Below are positions 38,718 through 47,635 of a stretch of DNA of 64,000 bases, in pieces; the first letter of the stretch is position 1; each line of letters opens with the position of its first letter. Location of the stretch: assembly GCA_019894975.1 (NCBI GenBank), contig JAGXNO010000011.1:1-64000 (forward strand), read 5' to 3'. Made by a program: the position numbers and the translations under genes. Under the pieces are notes generated by a model, which was given only the letters and a program-made list of their open reading frames with translations, ran no database searches and had not been told where the DNA came from. The stretch is from Promethearchaeota archaeon. Lineage in GTDB: Archaea > Asgardarchaeota > Lokiarchaeia > Sigyniarchaeales > SOKP01.

Positions 38718-39083
38718 TTATGCTGGAGGTGATGGAATCTGAAAAACTAACAATATTGCGATAATTAACCCATATATTGCTATAGCTTCACCTAATGCGA
38801 CAATAACTACTAATTTTCCAAAAGCCTCTTCCCTTTCTGAAAGGGCTGAGATTGCCGCAGTACCAACTGTCCTTATAACATGTGCTGCAGCAAGTCCTGA
38901 AATAGAGATTGCTAGAGCTGCAGAAATTGCCAAAACTGCAGTAGTAGGAGAATTATAATAATCGAAATTGTCAGCTTGAGCTCTGACAACCCGTACTAAT
39001 CCATTCATTGAGAAAATTAATACTACCACTAGAAATACCTGAACTACAGCAAGTGTCATATAGAATTTTTGTTTCCCATTCAT
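38718..39083 (-). CDS. atpK: A/V-type ATPase proteolipid subunit K (c) with signal-like N-terminal extension
   Basis: Hairpin ALAISISGLAAA...VGTAAI..L.E....FGK..VIVALGEAIAIYGLIIAILL with the essential Glu. Confidence 0.92.
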   Translation of the reverse strand: MNGKQKFYMTLAVVQVFLVVVLIFSMNGLVRVVRAQADNFDYYNSPTTAVLAISAALAISISGLAAAHVIRTVGTAAISALSEREEAFGKLVVIVALGEAIAIYGLIIAILLVFQIPSPPA

Positions 39084-39238
39084 TTACCTTACATCTTCCT
39101 TTTTGCTTAAAAAAGTTATTAATTTTAAAAGTGAATAATAAAGATAAGCGTATAAATTTTATTATTTCAGATAATAAACTACTATTATTATTATTCACTT
39201 ACTTTTTATTAGAAACCAGTAATGATATAATAAAAAAC

Positions 39239-39877
39239 TTATTGATAGAGAAGGATTCTTATTTGATCGGCAATATTATGTATTCTATCACAAAGTTGCT
39301 CCAATAAGACTATGCTGTCTCTAATTCTAAGAAGTTTCCTCATATCTAATTGATCATTGGAATAAAGATATTCTAAAAATTGGCGATATATTGTATCTAC
39401 TTCATTTTCAATTTCATGTATAGCAGTAGTGTTTTTAAAAACGATATCAGGATTATCTCTAAGGCTTTTTATTGTAGATTTTAAGACATCTGCCATATTG
39501 ATTGTTTTATTAATCAATTTTTCATATCTTTTTATTATTTCCTTATCTTTTCCGCTGTCTAATTTAATTTTAGGCAGCATATCAACAAATTCCAAAGGAT
39601 AATTTATTACGTTGTCCATTTGGAGACTCAAAGCCACATAGTTCCCTAGCCCCTGTGCTCCTGCTTCAGCATAATTTTGTATTAATTGAATTTTAATATC
39701 ATCAGCATCCTCTTCGCGGAGTTGCATTTTACTCTTTTTCTTGTCTAAGGCGTCCTTATTTGATTCATAATCTGTAGCCCACGTTGAGTAGTATACCCCC
39801 ATATCCGAAATCACAGAATAAATGATCCTTGAATGTTCAATTAACATCGAAATAATTTCATCTTTAGTCTTATTCAT
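39239..39877 (-). CDS. DUF47/PhoU-like phosphate transport regulator
   Basis: Two helical repeats: EEDADDIK and IENEVDTIYR...LEQLCDRIHNIADQIRIL. Confidence 0.8.
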   Translation of the reverse strand: MNKTKDEIISMLIEHSRIIYSVISDMGVYYSTWATDYESNKDALDKKKSKMQLREEDADDIKIQLIQNYAEAGAQGLGNYVALSLQMDNVINYPLEFVDMLPKIKLDSGKDKEIIKRYEKLINKTINMADVLKSTIKSLRDNPDIVFKNTTAIHEIENEVDTIYRQFLEYLYSNDQLDMRKLLRIRDSIVLLEQLCDRIHNIADQIRILLYQ

Positions 39878-40084
39878 AATAATTCTGTCTCAATATTTTT
39901 TCTACTGATATAATTATCAATAATTAGATTATTAAAAATTTAGTATTTGTAGATTATAAGTTAGAAAGAGTATATATTTGTTATACATGCAATTTTCTAA
40001 TGATTATTTCAAGGATAATTGATTTTAAGATCTAAATATGCTTTAATTTGGAGAATTAAGTTACATAATTTAAAGTGGGTAAAT

Positions 40085-40870
40085 ATGGAATATAAAGATT
40101 TAATTATTGAGAAACGCGATGATCAGATTGCTATTGTGACTTTTAATCGCCCAGAACAACTAAATACTCTCACTACTAATTTAATGACTGAAATCGAACA
40201 GCTAACTGAGGACTTTCAAAAGGATACAGAGACTCGTGTTGTGATTTTTACTGGGGCAGGAAGATTTTTTTCTGGGGGGAGAGATCTGACGGAACAAGGA
40301 GGTCCAGCTACGGTTCTAGGAAGACAAAGAGCAATTCAAAACGGTCCAAGAATGATATACAAACTTTATAATATGGATCAAATAACTATTGCAGCAATTA
40401 ATGGTGGGGCATTTGGAGGGGGTTGTTGTATTGCTAGTGCTCTTGATTTTCGCATTGGAGATGATAAATGTAGAGCGGGATTTCCTGAAAGTCGTTTAGG
40501 GATGAGTTTAAGTTGGAGAATACTCCCAATTGTGGTCCATCTAATTGGTCCTACATTTGCAAAAGAAATGACAATATTAGGGAAAAATAACGAAGCCCAA
40601 ACATTATTAAAATGGGGATTCTTAAATGAAGTAGTGCCAAAGGAAGACTTATTGGCACGAGCAATTGAAATAGCTAAGGATTATGCTGCAATGCCGCCCA
40701 TTCCAGCCCAAATGATTAAGAAAACGATTAACCACATTACTGGTGCTCTAGATCAAGCTATAATGCATATGGATATGGATCAACTTATGTTAACTCTTCA
40801 AACAGATGATTTGAAAGAAGGAGTTGCAGCATTTTTCGGGAAACGAGATGGAAAATTTAAAGGAAACTAA
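40085..40870 (+). CDS. Enoyl-CoA hydratase/isomerase (crotonase) family protein
   Basis: FNRPEQLN, FTGAGRFFSGGRDL, IAAINGGAFGGG, FPESRLG and EGVAAFFGKR. Start taken as ATG 40085 (track gives TTG 40019). Confidence 0.9.
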   Translation: MEYKDLIIEKRDDQIAIVTFNRPEQLNTLTTNLMTEIEQLTEDFQKDTETRVVIFTGAGRFFSGGRDLTEQGGPATVLGRQRAIQNGPRMIYKLYNMDQITIAAINGGAFGGGCCIASALDFRIGDDKCRAGFPESRLGMSLSWRILPIVVHLIGPTFAKEMTILGKNNEAQTLLKWGFLNEVVPKEDLLARAIEIAKDYAAMPPIPAQMIKKTINHITGALDQAIMHMDMDQLMLTLQTDDLKEGVAAFFGKRDGKFKGN

Positions 40871-41045
40871 TTTGCATCATATGATGGGGGAATAACTTTT
40901 TAAAATTACTCTCTATTTATTTTTACAAGAAGAATAAAAGACAATATATAGATCATTCTCAATAAAAAATATAATAAAGATAAAAGATAATTGTAAATAA
41001 GTAGTTCACTGTAATATAATTTAAACACAGTTTTGGCGTATAATA

Positions 41046-41723
41046 TTGGGAAAAATTCGTAAAAAATTAAAAGATTGGAAGCAATACTCAAAAATGGCTG
41101 ATTTGGGCATAATTGCCCGTCGAAAATTTTTTAACAATGCTTTTGATGGAGCTCTAACTTGTTCGGGAATTGTGAGTGGGATATTTATCATTTTTCTGAA
41201 CAACCCAAATCAATTCACCCCCCAAAATGTTATTGTCACTGGTTTTGCCACGGCTTTAGCTATAGGTATAAGTGGTCTTTGGGGTGCTTTTCTTTCTGAA
41301 GAGGCTGAACGAAAAAAGAAAGTTTCCGACCTGAAAAAGGAAATGGCGATAATAGAAGAAAATGAAGAAAGAGATGATGATTCACTCGAGGAGAAGAAAA
41401 TCAATAACAAGAAAAAAAGAAAGAAAAATAAAAAGAAAAAGACAGTATTGGAAAAAGCTGAAGACTTTGCAACAATTGTAGCGTCCTTAGTAGATGGGGG
41501 TGCACCAGTGTTAGGATCATCTTTACCTTTAATTCCATTTTTCTTTGGTATAGATTTAACTATTGGGCATTTTATCAGTTCCTACCTCATACTTGTAGGC
41601 TTACTTGTATATTTAGGTATCTATTTAGGAAAAATTTCAGGAGGGGGACGTATAAGGTATGCGTTGCACTTGGTTACAGCTGGGGTTGTGACTCTCCTGG
41701 TTTCAATACTACTTGGGATCTAA
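41046..41723 (+). CDS. VIT1/CCC1-like (TIGR00267-type) membrane protein
   Basis: ARRKFFNNAFDGAL, GISGLWGAFLSEEAER, SLVDG and PLIPFF; Lys-rich loop. Confidence 0.8.
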   Translation: MGKIRKKLKDWKQYSKMADLGIIARRKFFNNAFDGALTCSGIVSGIFIIFLNNPNQFTPQNVIVTGFATALAIGISGLWGAFLSEEAERKKKVSDLKKEMAIIEENEERDDDSLEEKKINNKKKRKKNKKKKTVLEKAEDFATIVASLVDGGAPVLGSSLPLIPFFFGIDLTIGHFISSYLILVGLLVYLGIYLGKISGGGRIRYALHLVTAGVVTLLVSILLGI

Positions 41724-41895
41724 AATGCCAAAATTATAGTACAAAATATTTAGAAAGAATGTTCGAAAAATTCAAGACTTACTCGAAAATAACAAATCTC
41801 TAGGGATAAGTTAAATTATTCATTGACATGTAATCACAAATTTTATTTTCTGCTTTTCATTTACCATTGTAACAATATTAAGGAGTAGTGATTTA

Positions 41896-42705
41896 TTGAA
41901 ATCTTTTATAGGAATTGACATAGGGTCGCTTGCAAGCAAGGTTGTGTTATTAAGTGAGGGAAAAATGATCGATTATCGAGTAGAAAGGTCTACATTCGAT
42001 TTTAAAAGAGTTGGTAATAATCTTTTTAATGACATCATAGAAAAAAATAATTTAAGTAAAGATGATGTATTCATTATGTCTACGGGTTATGGACGTAATA
42101 CTATTGATATAGCTGATGATAGAATCACAGAAATTACAGCCCATGCTCGTGGGGTACAATACTTTTTCCCAGAAGCTCATAGCGTCATAGATATTGGAGG
42201 TCAAGATTCCAAAGCAATACTTATCTCTAAAAAAACAGGAAGTGTTATGGACTTCCAGATGAATGATAACGATAATTTTAATTAAAAATTATTGTCAATA
42301 TGTGCTGCCGGTACCGGTAGGTTTCTGGAAGTTATGGCTCATGCACTTGAAGTTCCAATTGAAGAAATTGGAGGACTTGCATTAAATTCAAATAAACCAT
42401 CAGCAATAAGTTCCACATGTACGGTATTTGCTGAGAGCGAGGTAATATCATTATTTGCTAGAGGTACCTCAAAACATGATATAGCTGCGGGGATCCATAA
42501 ATCCATTGCGAGGAGAGTTGCAGGTATGGCTAAACGGATAGGAGTAGCTCCTTTATTGGTTTTTTGTGGGGGTGTAGCTAAAAATATAGCAGTTAAAAAG
42601 TTTTTAGAAGAAGAATTAGGATATGAAATTGTAATCCCAGATCATCCTCAACTTACTGGAGCAATAGGCGCTGCTCTAATTGCTCAAGAACATAATGGTA
42701 ACTAA
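41896..42705 (+). CDS. hgdC: 2-hydroxyacyl-CoA dehydratase activase (HgdC/BcrA-D-type ASKHA ATPase), split by a putative intron: join(41896..42269,42300..42705), 259 aa
   Basis: [35 protein letters not shown]|K|[31 protein letters not shown] and GAIGAAL. The two track ORFs are in the same frame, separated by a 30-nt insert. Confidence 0.9.
42270..42299 (+). other. Putative 30-nt bulge-helix-bulge (BHB) mRNA intron
   Basis: TGAT-AA|C-GATAATTTT-aatta-AAAATTATT-GTCA-AT|A: a 4-bp central helix, two 3-nt bulges and a 9-bp intron stem. It contains an in-frame TAA, and removal restores GAT AAA TGT (D-K-C). Confidence 0.8.
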
Positions 42706-42797
42706 TGGGATTTCTATTTAATTTTTATATCAATAAATTTTATGAGTAATTGACTCTTTTTTGATTAATAATTAAAATCTATTAATTTAACTTAAAA

Positions 42798-43928
42798 ATG
42801 GAAAATTTAGAGTTTTTATCAGAATATTACACATTACTAAAAGAAAAAAAAGAAGAAGGTAAAAAAGTCATAGCCTTCATATCTCATGATAATATTCCGG
42901 AGGAATTAATTGACGCTGCGGGGTTTATTCCTTTAAGATTGATCTTTGCGGGAAATGATGAATTAATGGATGCTAGTCATGATTTTTTGCCTCCATCAAC
43001 TTGCTCATTTGCTCAATCATGTATTGGAGCTTTTTCTATAAAACCCGACAACTTAAAGGTTTTAGATTTAATCGATTATATTATAATTTCAAATCATTGT
43101 GTTTCAGACATCTGTGCATCAGAAATAATTTCAAAATATTATGATATTCCTCAATTGAAATTTTATGTCTCATACACTAAAACGGAAAATAGTTTAAAAT
43201 ATTTTAAATTAGAATTAAATGATTTAAGGGAAAAGCTTGAAGAACTTAAAGGTTCTGTAATAGAAACTCAGGATTTAATGAATAGTATTGTAAAATATAA
43301 TAATTTTAAGAAAAAAATATCAGATTTAAGTAAATTAGCGATCCCAGGGGCTCAAAAATTAAAACATTTTCAAAGAGCGCTTTTAATTGGTCCTTATTAT
43401 CTTCCAGAATTAGAGAGTTTTCTCCAAACTCAAGAAGAGACTCAAATTAATGAAAAGTCAAAGCCTATTTTTTTAACTGGTTGCTCTATTTTCATCAATG
43501 ATTACTTGAATGATTTAATTGAGGGTGGTGGGGGAAATATAGTGTTCTTTGATACTTGGGTTGGATTTAATTATTACTCACAAATTTTTGATGGGGACTC
43601 AATAAATTCCTCGATTGATCCGATTGATCTATTAGTAGAGCGTTTTAAAAAGAATATATTTGGTGATCACTCTGTACCAAATTTCTTAGAAACTAAAATC
43701 TCGCAAATAGAAGAGTTTTATAAGAATTATAAAAACACTTCAGGGAAAAAAGTAGGAGTGATTAATCATATCATAAAATTTTGTGACCACATGTCAATTA
43801 TGTCCTCACATCTGAAGAAACAACTACAAGAGAAAGGAATTCAGGTGTTAAATTTAGAAAGAGATTATTCAAGGGCTAACAAGGGCCAATTAAGTACTAG
43901 GATTGAAGCATTCCTGGAGATGATGTAA
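42798..43928 (+). CDS. 2-hydroxyacyl-CoA dehydratase family subunit (HgdB/FldC-like)
   Basis: IPEELIDAAGFIPLR, PSTCSF, KFCD and LERDY...GQLSTRIEAFLEM. Confidence 0.88.
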   Translation: MENLEFLSEYYTLLKEKKEEGKKVIAFISHDNIPEELIDAAGFIPLRLIFAGNDELMDASHDFLPPSTCSFAQSCIGAFSIKPDNLKVLDLIDYIIISNHCVSDICASEIISKYYDIPQLKFYVSYTKTENSLKYFKLELNDLREKLEELKGSVIETQDLMNSIVKYNNFKKKISDLSKLAIPGAQKLKHFQRALLIGPYYLPELESFLQTQEETQINEKSKPIFLTGCSIFINDYLNDLIEGGGGNIVFFDTWVGFNYYSQIFDGDSINSSIDPIDLLVERFKKNIFGDHSVPNFLETKISQIEEFYKNYKNTSGKKVGVINHIIKFCDHMSIMSSHLKKQLQEKGIQVLNLERDYSRANKGQLSTRIEAFLEMM

Positions 43929-43931
43929 TAA

Positions 43932-45293
43932 ATGAGTTTAGTCGCAGATGAATTAATTAGGTTTTCTTCGGTGTTAAGGATCGCTTATAACTTTTTAACA
44001 GGTAGGGATTATCTAAAGAGAAAGAAGTTTAGAGAGAAAAAGAAATTGATTTCTATCGGTTTGCCTTTTTCAGATCTTGTGTATGGGTTTCCAGATTTAA
44101 TTCCAGTCTTTCCCATAAGAATGCACGAATTTAAAATTCATAAATATCTCACCTATTTAGGGTCAGCATCAAATATTTTTGGGTGGAACAGTGTTACAAA
44201 CTTCTTAGGTTTTGTAAAAGACCTTGGTATTAAAGATGTAAGTCAAACAGTTGATAATATTATCGAAGATGTAATTGATACTATAAATTACAAATATAAT
44301 GAAATGTATGATTTTGGTGAGGAATGTGGGATTCCGACTGATTTTTGTTATGGTGTTAAATCACTCTATGGGATGAATGTATCAAAAGGGAAGAATTGTG
44401 ATGCGAACTTGAATTATACGATTCGATGTAGTGCTTGGAATAAGTATTTAGAATCAATAAAAGCAATAGGGAATCCATCCAAACAAATATGGATCGAAAT
44501 ACCTCCCAGAAATATAGGAAATTCATTAGAACTTTTTATGGATAATATTGTTAAAGGAATAGAAGAATTAGAAGAAATTAGTAGTTATAATTATAGCAAT
44601 AATGGATTAAGAGATCATTTTCGAACTGCTAATCAAATTCACCAATCTTATAAAAAAATCATATATGAAATAGGCACTGCTGATTTTTATCCGTGTAATC
44701 CTGCTACTTTTAGTGAAATTCTTGCATTATTAAACATTAGTTTTCATGATTATAATTCAAATGCTACTCGATATAGAGACAACATCACTTCTTTATTAGA
44801 TGAAATGAAAGGGAGAGTAAATAAAGGAATTGGAATGGATGTATCCAAAAGACCTAAAATTCTTATAACGCCTATGTTTGGTGGTTGGGAACCAAAAACT
44901 CATGATATTATATATGAATTAGGAGGGAGGGCGTTATATGGAGATTGGGACCTTTTAGGGTTTTTAGATGATATACCTATTTCAACTAGATCTGATCCAA
45001 TTGAAGCCTATGCTCAATTCTTAATGGATGTAACTTCAGATGGTATAGGGTGCGATAACGATATATTAACAGATTCTTATGTCAGGTTAGCTAAAAATCT
45101 AAAGGCTGATGGGCTAGTTTTTGTTCAAGTGTTTGGTTGTCATTCTGTTTCAAATTGTTATACGATGCTAAAAGAAAAACTCCGTAGAGAGTTAGAAATC
45201 CCGAGTATCGCATTGAATTTTAATAAAATGGGGGAAAATATCGAACAAATTAAAACTCGTTTAGGAGCCTTCATGGAAATGTTTTCCTTGTGA
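43932..45293 (+). CDS. 2-hydroxyacyl-CoA dehydratase family subunit (HgdA-like), copy 1
   Basis: GIPTDFCY, IRCS, ADGLVF..VFGCH and QIKTRLGAFMEM; operon context. Confidence 0.8.
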   Translation: MSLVADELIRFSSVLRIAYNFLTGRDYLKRKKFREKKKLISIGLPFSDLVYGFPDLIPVFPIRMHEFKIHKYLTYLGSASNIFGWNSVTNFLGFVKDLGIKDVSQTVDNIIEDVIDTINYKYNEMYDFGEECGIPTDFCYGVKSLYGMNVSKGKNCDANLNYTIRCSAWNKYLESIKAIGNPSKQIWIEIPPRNIGNSLELFMDNIVKGIEELEEISSYNYSNNGLRDHFRTANQIHQSYKKIIYEIGTADFYPCNPATFSEILALLNISFHDYNSNATRYRDNITSLLDEMKGRVNKGIGMDVSKRPKILITPMFGGWEPKTHDIIYELGGRALYGDWDLLGFLDDIPISTRSDPIEAYAQFLMDVTSDGIGCDNDILTDSYVRLAKNLKADGLVFVQVFGCHSVSNCYTMLKEKLRRELEIPSIALNFNKMGENIEQIKTRLGAFMEMFSL

Positions 45294-45325
45294 TATAAAA
45301 TGATGATACCGTTTGAATCATAAAA

Positions 45326-45691
45326 ATGGGATTAAAAAATTCTAAAAAAGAAAATCTTAACAAGCTTTTTGTTTATGGTACATTACAAACAGGTCAAAGT
45401 CGAAACTCTATCCTTAAAGGGTTGAAGTGTGAAAAAGCTACTCTATTCAATTTTAGAAAAGTAGAACCTTCTTCTTTAGGGTTTCCATTGATTATTCGAG
45501 ATAATTCTTCAAATGTTCAAGGAGAAATATATTATGATTTGGACCATTCCCTTATTGATCAAATCGATATGATTGAGGGAGAAGGAGAGCTTTATCATAG
45601 AATTATAGTCAAAGTAGTATTGGATGACAGAAAGAAAGTAGAAGCTTTTACTTATTATCCTTCTGAAAGTTTAATTACAAAATATACTTGA
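45326..45691 (+). CDS. Gamma-glutamylcyclotransferase (AIG2-like) family protein
   Basis: LFVYGTL, VQGEIY, IDMIEG..LYHR and AFTY. Confidence 0.88.
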   Translation: MGLKNSKKENLNKLFVYGTLQTGQSRNSILKGLKCEKATLFNFRKVEPSSLGFPLIIRDNSSNVQGEIYYDLDHSLIDQIDMIEGEGELYHRIIVKVVLDDRKKVEAFTYYPSESLITKYT

Positions 45692-45700
45692 AATAAAATA

Positions 45701-46429
45701 ATGAATGAAGATAATTCACCTAGAAATGAGAAAGCGAATAAATTCCTGCTTATAGATAATTATTCTCAAAGTTCTCAAACGGATCGTATAGATAGAATAG
45801 AAGAAATTATTAAAGATTGCGAGGTAAAGGGGGAAGTAAAATCGATTCATTTTACTCAACTAAAACCAGAATTGGTAAAGGGGTGCGCGGGTATAATTTT
45901 ATCGGGCTCTGAGTTGAATGTTTCTGAATTTTACTTTAATGAGAAATTAAAAAGGAAGTTTAAAACTCAATTAGATTTAATAAATAATAATTATCAGATC
46001 CCTATCTTAGCAATATGCTTCGGATTTCATTTAGTAGCTTATGCTCATGGTGCTCAAGTATCTAGAATGAGGATTCCGGAATTAGGAGGAAGAATCATCT
46101 TCATCTTAATTAAAAAAACAGACGAGTTAATAAATCAAAAAAATATTCCCGTAAATGCTCATCATTTAGATTATGTTTTACCCAATGATTCTAATATTCA
46201 AAGAAATTTTGAAATCCTCTGTGTTTCTAGAACATTTGGATATAACATCGTGCAATATATGAAACATATTGATAAACCTATTTATGCACTTCAGTTTCAC
46301 CCCGAAACCCACTATCTTCAAAATTTCCCTCCAATCTCCACTGATGAAAGAATCACTAATAAAACTAGGATGATCGGGCAAGAAATTATTGAAAATTTTA
46401 TTCGGGTATGTTCATACAATAAGAAATAA
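45701..46429 (+). CDS. Class I glutamine amidotransferase (GMP-synthase-A-like)
   Basis: LIDNY, GIILSG, PILAICFGFH (nucleophile Cys) and LQFHPE (His/Glu). Confidence 0.88.
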   Translation: MNEDNSPRNEKANKFLLIDNYSQSSQTDRIDRIEEIIKDCEVKGEVKSIHFTQLKPELVKGCAGIILSGSELNVSEFYFNEKLKRKFKTQLDLINNNYQIPILAICFGFHLVAYAHGAQVSRMRIPELGGRIIFILIKKTDELINQKNIPVNAHHLDYVLPNDSNIQRNFEILCVSRTFGYNIVQYMKHIDKPIYALQFHPETHYLQNFPPISTDERITNKTRMIGQEIIENFIRVCSYNKK

Positions 46430-46467
46430 TAAAAAAAAATTAAATACAAGGTTCTTTTATAGTTCAC

Positions 46468-47436
46468 ATGGATACTAGAAATTATGCAATATTTTATATT
46501 AGCGGGTTAGTCATTACTACTGTTTTAATGTTTTTTATTCTCTTCAGTGTAAATATCCTGTCGATTAGCTTTCTGTTGTTTTTCTGGATCATTAAATTTC
46601 TTTCGGGATTTGGATTGATTTTGAGCATAGCAAATGGATTTCTTATCATTCTTGATAAGACAAAAGAAAAGATTGCTAAAAACAAAAAAATTGTAAACTA
46701 CATCATTATATTCCAAATTGTAATTCCTCTTATATTAGTTGGATACGCCATCTATGCCATATTTTCGAGCTATTACGATTGGGGAACAACCCAAGAAGGG
46801 ATTGGACTATGGCTCGATTTGATTTTGTATATTTACGGGATTGCATCATTACTGTTGACTTTGTATGTTATACCAATCATAAGAGAGGAATTCCAAGATG
46901 CAGCAGATCAAGGATTCTTTAAAAGATTTAAAAAAGGAGCTAAACAGGCGGGGAGAGGCATAAAAAAGAAATATTATGGCTTTAAAAAGGAGTATGCCAA
47001 AAAACAAATACAAGACCAAAAAACATTGAAAGATTTATTGGGTGTTTGGCGACATAAGTTTGCTATTTATCTTTTAGTTCCCTTCGCAATTGGTACTCTA
47101 ATATTCACACCAATAGCTTTTGTATGCTTAGCATTCTGGATAAAGATCTTCATAATTGATAAAGATCCGGAGATATATGAAAGATATGCTTTACTCGTAT
47201 CAATTATTTGCTGTGGTGTAATTGCTATATTATCTCCGATTTTAAGATTTAATCTTTATATTGAAATTGAAAATTATCTCTGGACAATTAATATATTTTA
47301 TCTCCTCGGGATTGTAATTGCTTCAATAATTTTTGTAAGCAAACTTATGAAATTACAAGGGATAATGATTGAAGATATTAAAGATAAAATAAAAGAGAAA
47401 TTCTCTAAAGAAGAGAATGATAGAGAAGAGATATAA
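46468..47436 (+). CDS. Hypothetical multi-pass membrane protein
   Basis: 322 aa with about 7-8 TM segments and a basic loop. Confidence 0.7.
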   Translation: MDTRNYAIFYISGLVITTVLMFFILFSVNILSISFLLFFWIIKFLSGFGLILSIANGFLIILDKTKEKIAKNKKIVNYIIIFQIVIPLILVGYAIYAIFSSYYDWGTTQEGIGLWLDLILYIYGIASLLLTLYVIPIIREEFQDAADQGFFKRFKKGAKQAGRGIKKKYYGFKKEYAKKQIQDQKTLKDLLGVWRHKFAIYLLVPFAIGTLIFTPIAFVCLAFWIKIFIIDKDPEIYERYALLVSIICCGVIAILSPILRFNLYIEIENYLWTINIFYLLGIVIASIIFVSKLMKLQGIMIEDIKDKIKEKFSKEENDREEI

Positions 47437-47635
47437 TATTAAGCAGAGAAACTAAAATTTTAATTCTATTTTCTTTTTTAATTTTTTGATATTTTCATAA
47501 AGAAAATTCTATTTGAATACAATTAGAAAAAGTTTCACTATTTCTATCAATGCTAATAAATTTTAATACACTATTATGATTAATTTTAAAATGTAGATTC
47601 TAAAGTAATGTGAAATTATTGCGGTAACTAATAAA

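Noticed and set aside
41390-41445. A-rich tract encoding poly-Lys in the VIT1-like gene
   Set aside because: In-frame low-complexity loop with no hairpin or stop; no evidence of an insertion element.
42283-42285. Selenocysteine/pyrrolysine or readthrough explanation for the split activase
   Set aside because: The stop is TAA, not TGA or TAG, and readthrough would still leave 10 extra residues inside the invariant NDKC motif.
42265-42299. Insert as a MITE/IS footprint or simple pseudogenisation
   Set aside because: A short GATAA direct repeat exists (42265-69 and 42271-75), but it does not flank the insert as a target-site duplication would. Both exons are otherwise intact and the BHB geometry predicts the exact junction. 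Not fully excluded without RNA data.
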